Shown piece by piece: positions 11,093 to 23,840 of a DNA stretch of 64,000 bases. Source of the stretch: Tubulanus polymorphus (lineage: Eukaryota > Animalia > Nemertea); the NCBI RefSeq assembly GCF_964204645.1, contig NC_134030.1, positions 15,500,110 to 15,564,109 of the forward strand. The letters are read 5' to 3'. Position numbers and translations under genes: made by a program. The notes under the pieces were generated by a model, which saw nothing but the letters and a program-made list of their open reading frames with translations, had not been told where the DNA came from and did not search any database. The first letter of the stretch is position 1, and every line of letters starts with the position of its first letter.

Positions 11093-13254
11093 ATGGGGGG
11101 TAAAAAAAACTCCTAATACTAAAGAACATTATTTAAGAAATTTATATTACAACCCTGAGTGTTCGGTTGCTTATTCTTCTGCAAAAAATATATGGCGCCA
11201 AGTAAAACAAGATAAATTAGATAAGATTATCCCACAAAATTAAGTTAAATGTAAAGATATAAATGAATTTATGTTAGAACAACCAACATATACAACACAT
11301 GAAAAAATTGTTAGAAAATACAAAACTCGTAAAACTATGGTAAGTTATGTAGATCAACAGTGGCAAGGAGATTTAATTGATATGAAAAATGTTTAGAAAG
11401 ATAATGATGATTATTAGTGGATATTAAACATAATTGATATTTTTAGTCGTTGTATGTATGGAGCTTCCCACTTTATAGAAAAGATGCTGCACAAACATCA
11501 TTAGTTTTTAAAAAATTTCTTTCAGGTGATGGACTAAAGCCAGAAAAAATACAATTTGATGACGGAAAAGAATTTGGTAATTCACTTGTTCATGAACTCT
11601 TAGATTATTATAATATTGAATATTTTTCAACAAAATCGGATAAAAAGAAAACGTCTTGAACGATTTAATAGAACATTAAGAACAAGAATGACAAAATATT
11701 TCACAGCAAATAATACTTATAAATGGATTGATGTTTTTCCAAAATTAATAGAAGGTTATAATAATTCTTATCATTCTTCTATTGGAATGAAACCTATTTA
11801 TGCTAGAAAACCTGAAAATGCTGAAATTTTTGGGAATAATTTATATTGGGCATTTCTTATCGGTGTTGTCATATCGCGGAAAGACGGAATCGCGGAATTT
11901 TCCAAAAACGCGGAATTTCTTCATTTTTACTATAAATAGTGAACGCGGTTTTCCCACGGGGATACCCACTGTCGGACAGGGCACCGGACCCAGGTTTTCA
12001 ACACCGGGAATTAGTATTTGATAATTTATTATATCGCCAGTCAACAACTTAACGATACTGTTCCAAATAATGGAGAACCTAGGCAATACGTGCTTTGCGA
12101 ATTCAGTGATACAGAGTATCGCTGCATTAACTGAAGGAATACAAATCGATGGTACGTAAACGTAGGATTTGTGATGACATCATGGGTCATTCTCCAGGAC
12201 TCATTTCCGAGTTAAGATTTGACTCTGTATATTTCATTCTGGCTTAGGATTGTTCATGCGTGTTGTGTGTCTACATTGTTGTTATAAGCGAATGTGGTTT
12301 ATCTTTTAGAATTAAATGATATGAAAGATTATAAAATGGTTTCGTTTTTTTTAATGTTTACTTTGTGACTGCTATAACATATATGTCCCTATGCTGATTA
12401 TTTGGATCAAAAGAATCTTATTGGTACCGGTACTGGACGGCCGTAAAATTATAATAATTTCAAAGGAATTTGAACCGGTACTTGTTTGGTCGTAGGATTT
12501 CATGTTTGCAACCATCTACAACTACGGTCCTACACCGCGAACGTGCTCAATATTTATCTGATAATATTCGTTTCTGAAGTTCTCAAAAAGTCGATGAACT
12601 TCGATAACCGAAGTTTGCCTAGTAGAAATAGACATTAGGTGCCTGGTCTCTTTCACCCCACTCGATTCTGACTTCTTCTACAGGTGGCAGCCAGTCAACG
12701 GTATCGTAATATAATATTTCCATATAAAATTGCCTGCAAATAATGGGATTCGAACCTAACTCGTTGCATCGATCGGTCCGGTGCGCTGTCCGACAGTGGG
12801 TATCCCCGTGGGAAAACTCGTTTACTATTTAAAGTAAAAATGAAGAAATTCCGCGATTCCGTCTTTCCGCGATATGACAACACCGATTTCTTATAGATGA
12901 TTTTGGTGAACTTAAATTTAAAGTTGGTCAAAATGTTAGAATTTCTAAGTATAAAAAGATATTTGACAAAGGATACGATCGTAATTTTACTAGAGAAATA
13001 TATAAAATAAAAGAAGTAATAACAACAAAACCATATGTCTAGAAATTAGAAGATTTAGATGGTGAAGAAGTTGATGGGTATTTTTATGAAGAAGAATTAA
13101 GTTTAACTACTGAAAATCTAGACCAGGAATATAAAATTGAAAAAGTACTAAAAACAAAAACTGTTAAAAGAAAAAAATATTCTTTAGTAAAATGGGTTGG
13201 ATGGCCGGTAGATTCAACGAATGGATATTATCAAATAAAATTAAAAATATATAA
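11093..13254 (+). pseudogene. Retroviral-type (rve) integrase with C-terminal chromodomain
   Basis: YYNP..AYSS, QWQGDLIDM, IDIFSR, IQFDDGKEF, ERFNRTL, YNNSYHSSIGMKP, FKVGQNVRI..FDKGY, GYFYEEEL and YKIEKVLK..LVKWVGWP. Interrupted by 11861-12885. Confidence 0.92.
11861..12885. mobile_element. Non-autonomous TIR element (Mutator-like by TSD length)
   Basis: ~120-bp TIRs beginning CGGTGTTGTCATATCGCGG. 9-bp TSD ATTTCTTAT at 11852-11860 and 12886-12894. Confidence 0.9.
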
Positions 13255-13343
13255 ATGAATAAGGAATTATTAATATTTAAACCTCATAATATAGAAATAG
13301 GCTGATAAAGGTGGCAAGATTGTGATTTTAGATCTGGATAATT

Positions 13344-14942
13344 ATGATGTTAAAATGCAATCTCTCTTGGATAATCCTGGTGTTTATAAGAAACTTAAAT
13401 CGTATGCAAGCCAATTTCAACAGAAGTCTTTCGGATATTATTAAACGTTTCCCCTCCGCTAAAGAAACTCTGAATAAGTTCCATTCACGTCTTCCCTCTT
13501 TACCATATATCTATGGATTGCCTAAAATTCATAAAGATAATGTTCGACTGCGCCCTATAGTCTCCAATTGTAATTCTCCTACATACCGGTTATCTAAATT
13601 TCTCGCGAAACAGTTATCTCCGGTGCTCGGTTCGTTCTCTCCGTCGCACCTTCTCCATAATCAACACTTACTTGAACGTATTAAGAATATTATCCCTGGC
13701 AACGACAAATTTATATCATTTGATGTTACTTCCCTTTTTACCAATGTTCCTCTTGGACCTACTCTTGATTTCTTAAAACGCAGATTACCATCACTTAACA
13801 TTAACTTCGGCATTCCTACGGATTGTATCATCGACCTTATCTCTATTTGTACGACGGACTCCTTTTTTGAATTCAACAATTGTTTTTACGAACAGACATT
13901 CGGTATCGCTATGGGAAATCCTCTAAGTCCTATTCTAGCTAATTTATTCCTAGAACATGTTGAATCTGAAATATTGCCTCTTTACACTGATATTCACCCT
14001 AAAATCTGGCTCAGATATGTTGACGATGTTCTGGCTTTGGTTCCCTTTGACTTCAATGTTGATAACTTTCTTATATATTTAAACTCCCTTTACCCGTCTC
14101 TGGCTTTTACGTATGAATGGGAATCTAATAGTAAAATACCTTTTCTGGATGTTTTGATTTTTAACTGTGGATCCTTTTTGAAATTCGCGGTTTATAGGAA
14201 ACCTACCAACGCTGAATCCTACCTCCATTACTTCTCTTTTACTTCTCCGGATATTAAACTCGGTTTAGCTCAAGGATTATTTCTTCGCGCTTTGAGAATT
14301 TGTGACCCCTCATTTCTACCCGATGAAATTCACCATATTAACCAATCTCTCAAAAAACTTGCCTACCCCGATTTCCTATTGAAAAAAGCTCTACTTAAAG
14401 CTCGTACTACGCATTTTAGAAATAACAACCTTAGAACTCCTACGTTGGCTACCGATAAACAGCCTATCATTGTACCGTATGTACCTTTCCTCGAGAATTC
14501 TAAAGTTTCTCTTCGGTCACTAAATAAACAACTCATCTTTAAATACAATAATAAACTTAGTAACATATTGATTAACAACAAACCGAAAACCGAATCCCTA
14601 AACTGTGGAATTTATAAAATACCTTTTAAAGTTTGCGACAAAGTATATATAGGAGAAACAGGTCGGAATCTTAATCAACGCATAAAAGAGCATAAATTAG
14701 ATGTAAAAAACTTTAAACCTGAAAGCGGAGTTGCTAGTCATGTTTTTCAGACTTCACACAATTTTGATTTTGCTAATGCTGAATTAGTTTACCCTTGCAG
14801 CGATAAAACTAGAAGACATATTTTGGAATCTGCATTAATTATTGAAAATTCGAACAACGTTGTAAACCTTAATAATGGTTTTTCACCCCATAATAAACTT
14901 ATATCAAAATTCCTCTGTAAACTGGTTAAACTCAACACTTGA
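13344..14942 (+). CDS. Penelope RT + GIY-YIG endonuclease (partial)
   Basis: YGLPKIHK..LRPIVS, SFDVTSLFTNVP, GIAMGNPLSP, RYVDD, VYRKPT and CGIYKIP..YIGETGR..RIKEH. Confidence 0.93.
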   Translation: MMLKCNLSWIILVFIRNLNRMQANFNRSLSDIIKRFPSAKETLNKFHSRLPSLPYIYGLPKIHKDNVRLRPIVSNCNSPTYRLSKFLAKQLSPVLGSFSPSHLLHNQHLLERIKNIIPGNDKFISFDVTSLFTNVPLGPTLDFLKRRLPSLNINFGIPTDCIIDLISICTTDSFFEFNNCFYEQTFGIAMGNPLSPILANLFLEHVESEILPLYTDIHPKIWLRYVDDVLALVPFDFNVDNFLIYLNSLYPSLAFTYEWESNSKIPFLDVLIFNCGSFLKFAVYRKPTNAESYLHYFSFTSPDIKLGLAQGLFLRALRICDPSFLPDEIHHINQSLKKLAYPDFLLKKALLKARTTHFRNNNLRTPTLATDKQPIIVPYVPFLENSKVSLRSLNKQLIFKYNNKLSNILINNKPKTESLNCGIYKIPFKVCDKVYIGETGRNLNQRIKEHKLDVKNFKPESGVASHVFQTSHNFDFANAELVYPCSDKTRRHILESALIIENSNNVVNLNNGFSPHNKLISKFLCKLVKLNT

Positions 14943-15251
14943 TTTCCCCTTTGATTATTTGTTATTTGTTCTCTCATCAATTTCGTCTCTGACTTAACTT
15001 GTATTCACCTTTGTTTTAATTTAAGTGCCCCTTAGTTTGTCTTTCTTTTTACTACTGACTTTAAGTTTCATTTATATTTATACTCACTATTGTTGTTTAT
15101 AATCACCCCTTAGTTTGCTCCTCTTTAATTTATTTTAGCGTGTAACTGTTTCTACGTTAATTTTCCTTTAGTTTGTATCATCTCTGATTACTTGAATTAG
15201 TCTCTTTGTCCCTGGATTGTATATATATCTCATAATTTCTGTAGTATCTCA

Positions 15252-15297
15252 TTATTCCTGAAGATGACTATTAGGATATAGTCGAAACGTTGAATAA
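15252..15297 (+). ncRNA. Minimal type I hammerhead ribozyme
   Basis: ttattc-CTGAAGA-t-gactat(tagga t)atagtc-GAAA-cgtt-gaataa gives stem I ttattc/gaataa, stem II gactat/atagtc and a palindromic AACGTT stem III. This is typical of Penelope pLTRs. Confidence 0.85.
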
Positions 15298-16637
15298 ACT
15301 ACTATCTCGAAGTTTCATTTTCGGACTTTTAATTATCATTGTGGGATTCTCTCCTCATCGCGTCAACACGGATATTGTGTTTTACCTATCGTGACTGACT
15401 TTGGTGCTGGTGCTGTTTCAGGATGATAATCTTGGAAATATAGAGGATTCCACATTAATACTCATGGCCGATTAAGTTTTATTTTGTTCGTAAAAACGCT
15501 TGTTATGCGCATGCAAGTATGATCACATGTACTGATTTGCTGTTTAACATCGAGTCTGCGATGATCGTGTGCTCAAGCACATTTGTACAATCGACGGCTA
15601 GAATGCCATGGTGAATTCCAACCAGAGTTAAGAGGGTCTGGATGATTTTTTAGAATTGAATACTACAATAACATTGTTAGTGTTTTAGTAATCGAATCTG
15701 AAATATAATAGATTCTATTGATGGAAAGGGACAAATTATAAGAATTGCGAGTATTCGAATAACATTTTCTGAGAAGTAGCAGTATAAAAACCCTTATAAT
15801 GTGCAGACTTACAATAAGGACGTTTCGCCTTAGAGTCTTTATCAAATGATTTGATATAGGCTGAAACATGGACCTCAGAATGATCCCAGATATTCTCCCT
15901 ACTCGTTGTGCTTCTTAAGAGGCGAGGGGGGCGAAATCAAAGCGATCACATTTTTAAATTGTAGCTCGAAATTTCCATGATAAAAGTGCAAGAGCCCCAA
16001 TGGGCGCTATGGCCAGCCCGTCAGCTTTTCAAAAAATGGCAAATGGTGCATTCTGTGGGTTATATTTGTCAAAATACACTCCCAGCTCAGGGTCAATACC
16101 TATAATATACACAGTACAATCGTGTTTTCATAAGTACACAGTAACGACAGGGAGCTGAATTTATCAAGGTCATCCATGCGATTTGAGAAAAGCTATTTTT
16201 CCCGGACTGTGCATAATTGTCAATGATATTTTCAGTGGTCTAAATAAAAATATTCCTCCAAAATACCAAATCAACTAAAATTTTCACAGAAATCGATCTT
16301 GAAATACGTATCAAATTTTAAAAAACACGTAAGTAAAACAAGAGACGACACCGTGGGTTGACTTGTACACCAGCTGATTTTGGCGCCTAAGCCAATCAAA
16401 GAAGAGTCTTTGCTTTCTGATTGGTTTTTTAAAACCGATAATTTTGCGTTCAGATTTTCGCGAAAAAGCTCATATAAATTCTAACGAGGCCCTTTCTCAA
16501 AATTCAGCTCGCTACGATTTGGAGAATGGATAAGCTTATGCTTAGTTGCACAGTCAAAGGCCCTCTTTAGCTCTGGAATCCATGCCATTTAAATTCTCTT
16601 CATTTGTATAGTAATAGGCTCAGCATACGGCTGGCCT

Positions 16638-16817
16638 AAAAATCCCACAATAAATGAAGAAGTGCCTATAAACTTTGGTAAAATACTAGGAATATCTCGG
16701 GTGGTTGCTATGACCCTTCTTTATTTCAGGCTGAAGAAAGTTGGTAGCAACCACCCGAAAGATTCCTAATATTATAATAAACGTTTCAGGCATTTCTTCA
16801 TTTATTGTGAGATTTTG
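16638..16817. repeat. ~180-bp foldback MITE
   Basis: cacaataaatgaagaa / ttcttcatttattgtg and gggtggttgcta / tagcaaccaccc inverted arms. Confidence 0.75.
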
Positions 16818-16849
16818 CTATTTTCATTCCCGCCTGTTATGTTAGAAAT

Positions 16850-16985
16850 CGATACATGTAGTTTATACATCAATGGCCCATCCTCCACCGGCAGGGATTC
16901 GAACCTAATGGCATCGCTACACTCAGCCCCGGCACGAAACCCTGCCACATTAGATCGGATGTGCAGGTACATGCGCTGGTTCACC
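16850..16985 (-). mobile_element. tRNA-derived SINE copy
   Basis: B-box GGTTCGAATCC on the minus strand; homologous to 17110-17230. Confidence 0.55.
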
Positions 16986-17109
16986 AATCAGATTGCTCGT
17001 TATTTAATCGGGAAGGTAATTTTCACAGAAGAACTTTTAACGTTAAAACCCGGCTAAGATAAAACGGAATATCGGGATATGATTGGCTAATAATGACATC
17101 ATCTGAGCT

Positions 17110-17230
17110 GCGGGTATAGCGGCGCACTCGGTTAAGTGTGGCAGTGTTTCGTACCGTGGCATTCTCGATGCCATCAGGTTCGAATCCCTGCAGGGGGAGG
17201 ATGCAATGGCCTAGTGTAGAGGTGAAGAAC
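17110..17230 (+). mobile_element. tRNA-derived SINE copy
   Basis: A-box-like tagcggcgcactcggttaag and B-box ggttcgaatcc; no tRNA cloverleaf. Confidence 0.55.
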
Positions 17231-17530
17231 TGATGTTATTTTCCGCATTACGCAGATTTTCCAGAGGTTTGAATGAGGCAATCCATTGAATGCACCCTAT
17301 CCATAAACGTACACAAAAAAACTAGTGCTACATAAGCCATTCAGAAATTGTAAGCATAGGCAGTTTTTCATTGGGAAGAGAAGAACATATATTTCTATAT
17401 TTCTGACAGCGTTGAAAATGTATTCACATATAATCAGAATGAAGACAAATTATTGGAAAATAATTATGTTCGCTAAATAAAAAAAGACACAGCCAGCCAT
17501 CTCTTTGAATTGCTAATTTGCGAGCTCGTC

Positions 17531-18657
17531 TTAGTCATCTGCTACAAGAAGGGGTGAGCGTTCGTTTAATTTGGCACCGCAAATAGCCCCTGATAGCATT
17601 TGTTTCTCCAAGTTCTCCCGGTAACAGCATTGTTTGACGACGGCAACAAACCAACAGATACCGATCGAAAAATTTGTCCCCATTACAACGTAATCAAAAA
17701 CAACAGAGCCAAATTTTTCCATGGCGATTGATATTCCAACAGTCCATGCCATATGACCAACACATGCACTGGACAGTAGGATAGCGATATCTATTGGTGT
17801 GATGTTGACAGTTTCTTTAACCCAACCCATCAGTCCTGGGAATATTGCGCTTGTTCCCAAAGCGAAATTTATTATGGCTATGAGCAAAAATGCATTAGAG
17901 AACGAGCGGAAAAACAAACAAACAGAGCCGACATTCGCTAAAGTTATGCACAGAGTAAGAATCTTCTTACTTCCAGTAAAATGAACAAGAAAACAACACA
18001 GGAACCTCGACACGGTGAATATCACCCAAAAAGCGCTGGTTAAATAAGTTCCGGTTTGCAAACCTAAACCGCTCTCAACGAAATAGATCGGAATCAAATT
18101 ACCGTACACGTTCTGGTTTCCGGCGACAAAAGTCGTCATTAAATTTGCAAGAAACTTTATACAACGCGTTGGGTATAAACAATGTTCGGTTGTTATGACG
18201 TTATTGTTATCAGGGTACAATGCCGTGACATCATCTTCAAAATGATTTCTGGGTAAGTCATTTCTGATTTCTAGGTTGTTATTGCGTTGCAAACCAGTAC
18301 CAGATATAAGTGTCATGAAATAAGCAGCCGCCGTTACGAGCAAGGTGCCGCTTACCATATAATAGGCATACTCGACTCGACCTTCGTGAGTTATTACCAT
18401 ATCCACCGTAGAACAGTTAGATCTTCCCGGATTGGATGCATTTTTGATCGCGATTATTATGTGATTAGTCATATTATGTTCAATTATTGGAATGAATGAC
18501 ATGCTTGGAGATTTTGTCATATTTCGACTGAATTCAGATAAATACGGGCTGACCAATAGAGGGCAGATGATAGATCCAATACCAAGTCCAGCCATGACGA
18601 AATGTAGATAACCAGAACTTGCTTCTTGCCAAACATACAAACAATGGATCAATCCAC
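17531..18657 (-). CDS. MFS transporter, MFSD4/NaGLT1-like, exon 4 (last)
   Basis: Multiple TM helices (HFVMAGLGIGSIICPL, LTSAFWVIFTVSRF, ALGTSAIFPG). ctttccAG acceptor, phase 1. Confidence 0.88.
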
Positions 18658-20081
18658 CTGGAAAGGAAATATGGATAGTTACCGGTACCACTTAGCTCAG
18701 GACTTCATAGTTCTACGCGGTATAGTTTGACAAACGTCCGTTGCGCAATGATATTCCAAACTGACAAGCAATCAACCCTAATTTGGTGGGTTTAGTTTGG
18801 TATGAAGTGCGTACTTCAGTTCAAACGGAAAAATAAATAATCTAAATATAATTGCAAAGCAGCGATAACGGGTTTTCTGACTAGTTGGTTGATATGTCGC
18901 ACTTAGATTAGGACGAAATCAGTAAATAAACGACGTTTTTTTTTATGGGAGCGCCATCTAGAGATCAACACTACCAGATATAGAGATCAGCGCGAAATAC
19001 AAAGTACTCCTTTCAAAGCGTCTTCAACATTTACCATTCAAAACCTCTGCAAAAGTGCTGATTTTGCCGAACTGGACTCAAGTTGGCGATCTTTATTCCG
19101 ATCTGGCTGTAGAAAAGGTTAAGGGTACAAACATACATTACTAACTATAAAGGCCATACGCGTATCGAAAACTTTAAGAAGACTAATAAAATTTTATATG
19201 AAATGAAATAGTGATCATAGAACAGATTTATACATGTTTCCGGAAAGTACTGCCATCTGGCGACGACTCAGTACTGATGACGCAATGGAAGCGTTACCGC
19301 GTACCCGGAAGCTAAACAAAGCGTATCGCTAGGCGCGCTAGTTTCCGTGAATAAAATAACGATTTGGTGCTGTTTACTACACATTTTGATGGTATGTACC
19401 ACATACAAATGTATATTACATCAACAAGTGTCAGTGACTGGCATCTAAATCCCACGAATGCAAAAAATCCTCCTATAATACGTTATTTGATCGTACCACA
19501 CTGTCCACAGTAGTCTGTGTATAATATTCACAACTTGCGGTTTGTTCTCTGTTTGAACTTACCGGCTGATCCTTACCTGCCTAATTTTAGGCCTGAGAGC
19601 TGAACAGAACCCAAATCTTATTATTGTTGTTGGCCTCTAGCTTTTTTCAGTTGCTTACAATCCTGACACAGGTACTTAAATTATATTTCAGTATGTGTAT
19701 TTCGGTTGAGTTTTAAATTTAAATGGTTCCACTTGACAGTGCATAATAATGTTGGATCCACATCAGTTGTCTACTGATGGTACTGAAATTAGCCAGTATG
19801 ATGATAATCCTACTTCCAGAGGTGCCACTGGTTGTGATTTGTGTTCTCAGGTAATAATCTAGTGTCTTTTGAATTTAAAAAGAAAAACATTGTGTGTACA
19901 TTAAGAAATTATGTTCAGATATATCACTGAGCTGAACTACACATCATTAGGCCTACTTAAGAATTTCACTCTATTTTGAAATGTTTGTTAACAACCTGTA
20001 ATTGGTTGTGTTAATTATATCCCGTAATACCTTTGTATTTAAACCTCATTATCTCATATTTTTACTGCGATCGATATCCCA

Positions 20082-22110
20082 GGTTCATCGTTAGAAAACT
20101 CACCTTCAAAGTACAAGAAGAATGACCTACAATTTTGGTTGAGATGTCGGGGTTTAAAATATAAGTCTGCAGACACCAGAGCTGTATTAATTTCAATGTA
20201 GTTTTTTAAATCCATTCAAAAAACTTCCGATGTTTGAAATATTTTGAAATACTTTGAAGTATTCCATACAATCTAGATAATTCCAATGAAAAACCATATA
20301 CCAAATACCAAGATCAGTTTATTTCTTTCAGTCCAGTTAAATAAAACAGATATTTCAATCTTGATGGCTATAGTAATTTGAAATAAATTTCATTTCAGGG
20401 TTCGCCAATGTAGTCAGCGTCAGTATGATCTAATTGATCCGGATCCTCACAAGACATATACAAGAGCAAAAATTATGAAATGTCCAGTATGTAAGGAAGC
20501 TGCAACCAACACTTCAGTTAACATTAAGGATGATCCACAAGACATTATTTTACAGCCACCGCAGAATGGGACCAAAGATATTTTAGTTTCAAAGACATTT
20601 ACTTTTTTAAATATACGTGACCACGCCGTGAAATCAGGAAAAAGACTTAAAGGTGAACAATACATAGAAAAGCCACTAGACAAGGGTTACAAGTTTTTTT
20701 AATGAAAACTATGTACATAATGTGGCCAATGTTATGAAAAAAGACACTGATTTGCTATTCGTTCGAGGTAAATGTTTTCGTTCCCAACGCAAGAATGAAA
20801 CCCCACATAATGTCTTGGTAGCTCTTTTCGGTGATGTAGTTCAAGTTGGTCATTGCAGTTGTGCAGCTGGAAGTGGTGGTTACTGCAACCACATTGTTGC
20901 TTTACTCTATTTGCTGGACCATTGTAACAAAATAGAAAATAGTCAAGTACCCAGAAATCGGTACATGTACTGACAACCCGCAAGAATGGCACCGGCCAAG
21001 AACCGCTGGAATTTACCCAGAACCAATTATGAGTTATTCAGTTATCAGGCCTGAATATGGCTCCAAAAAGACTGGTATAAAATCAACACTGTATGATGCC
21101 ACGAGTGATTATTTGAAACACTCACAGTTCAATGATACTTTAGACTTATTTCAAAATTTAAAGATAATAAATCCGTCTTTAGGCTTTTGTCAGATGTTCA
21201 ATGAACATAGAGATATGATTGACACGAAAATAGGTGTTCAAACCCCGGTCGGTAGTGTTCTAAGTTATTAACTTAGTATTTCTGAAGGAGATTTCGATGT
21301 TGTCAGTGATTTTTCTTCATACTCCTAATATTCATCAGTTATTTTTGATCATTTTCCTACAATGCCTATAAGAATTCCACCCAGATTTAAATTTCCAAGG
21401 CAGCCAACATTTTTGGAACACGAATTCATCAATAATCTAATTCTAAATGCCCAACAATCTGTTGAACTCGAGGAACTCACTCGAAAACAGAGATTTAGTT
21501 GTGATTGGTATTCAGCTCGTAAATATCGATTGACAGCTAGTACATTTGGTACAATATTAAAAAGGAAAGCAAAGGTTACAGCCAAATTTGTAGAATCACT
21601 GACAACATCAACTGATATTTCACATGTACCTGCTGTACGACACGGAATTGATAATGAGGACAAGGCCATATTGAAATACATTCAGTACCTAGGAAAGTGT
21701 GGAAAGCTGGTACAAGTTTTTCCCTGTCGTATGATAGTGAATCCCGTATTTCCCTGGCTAGGTGCTTCTCCTGATTATTTAGTTATTGCTGATGGTGCTG
21801 GATATGGGTTACTTGAGGTCAAGTGCCCATATGCCTTTAAAGATATATCCCCTCGAGAGGCTTGTGCGGACAGTTCATTCTGCTCAGGGCTAGTCAACGG
21901 GAAGCCACAACTAAAAAAAACCATTATTATTATTATCAAATTCAGCGTCAGTTAGGAATCAGTGGGTTGGAGTGGGGTGATTTCGTCATTTTCACAAAAA
22001 AATGGTTTCTGATAGAACGCATAAAATTTGAATCTGAATTCTGGAAGGAAATGCTACATAAACTGACAGAATTCTTCCTCATACATTACATTCCGAACAA
22101 CCTGGTGAAC
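20082..22110 (+). pseudogene. Accessory protein: SAP-like + SWIM Zn finger + YqaJ (lambda-exonuclease-like) domain
   Basis: LQFWLRCRGLK exon; CSCAAGSGGYCNH; WYSARKYRLTAS, HGIDNE, WLGASPD, LLEVKCP and YYYQIQ. Frameshifted. Confidence 0.85.
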
Positions 22111-22328
22111 TCAATGGAACTCGGAGATGAAGTTCTCTCAAAAGGATTCAACCATTATCCACTTCTTAAATTCTTAAATTTTATTTCAATACATTTATGA
22201 GATCAGTTATAAATGCGCAGTGAACAGTGTATAAATTTGTAACAAATTTACATTATTGTTTTATAACAATAATCTTATTATAATTTGTTTAAATAAAATC
22301 ATCATATATTTAACACGAAGGCTTCATT

Positions 22329-23840
22329 TTAAATTTCACAGGAAATTATCGGATTCTGGAATAAGGTAAGCAGGGCGCATGCAGACCAGATTTGGTTTAT
22401 AGATCCTGCTAGAGTCAATGGTACGACACTGTCAAAAATGTGAAAATTCTTTATTCTATTGATAAGCCTCTCCACATGGAAACGTTCTGCTGCAATGGCT
22501 TGAGTCTCCCGAACATCAGACACTGACATTCGTGCATTTTGACCCAAGAATGGAGGAATATTCAAACGCACACCTATAGGGTCGAGAAGATCCTGGATGT
22601 TAAAACCTTTGTCTGCCATAATTACATAATTACATCTCCCTGCTCGAAAGGTAACTTCCACAAACCGCTTCTAATAGTTAATTCGCGGTCAGAAATACTG
22701 CCAGTGTAAAGTTGCGAACAGAAATTCACACAACCAGATGGACTGATGCCAATCAAGCCTTTGAGTGTGTTATAATTTGAATATGATTGTGATGTAAGGA
22801 CTAATGATGATGGCATTTCCAATTTTATTTCTGTAGCATCAATAATTGTTCTAGTTTGGGGGTACTTAGATTTGAAACTTTCGGGCATGAATTTCTGGAT
22901 TGATTCTCTGGGTGCCCAAATATTCAAAACACCCAACCGTATATACACAAAATTCGCCCAAGATATGATAATGTCACTTACAGTTGAAACAGAAATATTG
23001 AATCGATTTGCCAAATCAACCTCAAGTAAACCCAGACGTACGCGACACAAGAAAAGGAAGAACTCATTTCTTGGAGTTAATTTTCTTGGACGACCAAGCT
23101 TTATTGCATTGGCTGACTGTTGCATATGATTGCAGTAAATTATGTTTTCACCTCTCTGACCAGGGTTCAGGTACTCTAGCACATTTTCAAAAACAAAAAT
23201 TGACGGAAAACCGGTGTAAAATGTAATTTCAGATGGCTTAATGTTTTCAATACAGAACAACTTGCTGGATAATTCTTTAGTTAGTGCAAAATTCTCAGAT
23301 TGCAGCTTTTCATTTATAAATCTAATATTTTCGAGTTCATTCTTCAGTTTATCAATTTCATTCTCACTGGAATTGTCATTTTCTTTATCTAAGTCTGAAC
23401 ACATTTCTGAATTAGACGAATAGGTACTGCTGTCACTGTTTAACTGGTGATCCTCCAAGATTTTATATTCGGCACAAACTCCAGGTCGCTCCATGAGTTG
23501 AAGCTTATTTTAGCACGTGTAACTGAAATGCCAGTAGAAATGTTTTTCAAGCCATTCCAGCAGGCAAATACCGATGGAACGGCCCCAGTGTGTAAAAACC
23601 TGCGACCCGCGAACAGACTATACTCAAAGTCGTCTTCTTTGAAGTGCAACGAACATATGCATGAATGATTCTTGACAATAAAGTGTTTGCCTACATCCCG
23701 CCTAATTTTACTATCCACTCCTTGCGTAACTTTTCATCTTTAGGAAACTTGTGAAAAGTGACCTTCCCATGTCCTGGTTCATGACGGTAGCCTCTCTTAA
23801 CACAATGTGGGACTACGCAGTGTTTTTTGGATTTACTCTG
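22329..23840 (-). pseudogene. THAP-domain DDE_Tnp_4 (Harbinger-like) transposase
   Basis: CVVPHC..FHKFP..W..ICSLHF..GAVPSVF (THAP); DLANRFNIS; IIDATE, GSISDRE, MADKGF and HVERLINRIK. Frameshifted. Confidence 0.88.

Larger units (their letters stand above)
2560..13297. mobile_element. Decayed Polinton/Maverick (adintovirus-like) element(s)
   Basis: pPolB (-), major capsid (+), rve integrase with chromodomain (+) and conserved accessory ORFs. Very AT-rich, with many stops and frameshifts. Truncated on both sides. Confidence 0.92.
13298..15440 (+). mobile_element. Penelope-like retroelement, 5'-truncated, with 3' pLTR
   Basis: Starts at the ADKGGKIVILD motif; RT plus GIY-YIG ORF; hammerhead in the 3' repeat. 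The right boundary is approximate. Confidence 0.9.

Noticed and set aside
13255-13300. Start of the Polinton packaging ATPase (MNKELLIFKPHNIEI)
   Set aside because: Only ~15 codons remain before the Penelope insertion, with no Walker A motif.
15815-15850. Second hammerhead on the minus strand
   Set aside because: The core is mutated (TTGATAA) and stem II is broken; a relic at best.
17110-17200. tRNA gene
   Set aside because: It has a B-box but no cloverleaf, and a diverged inverted copy nearby indicates a SINE.
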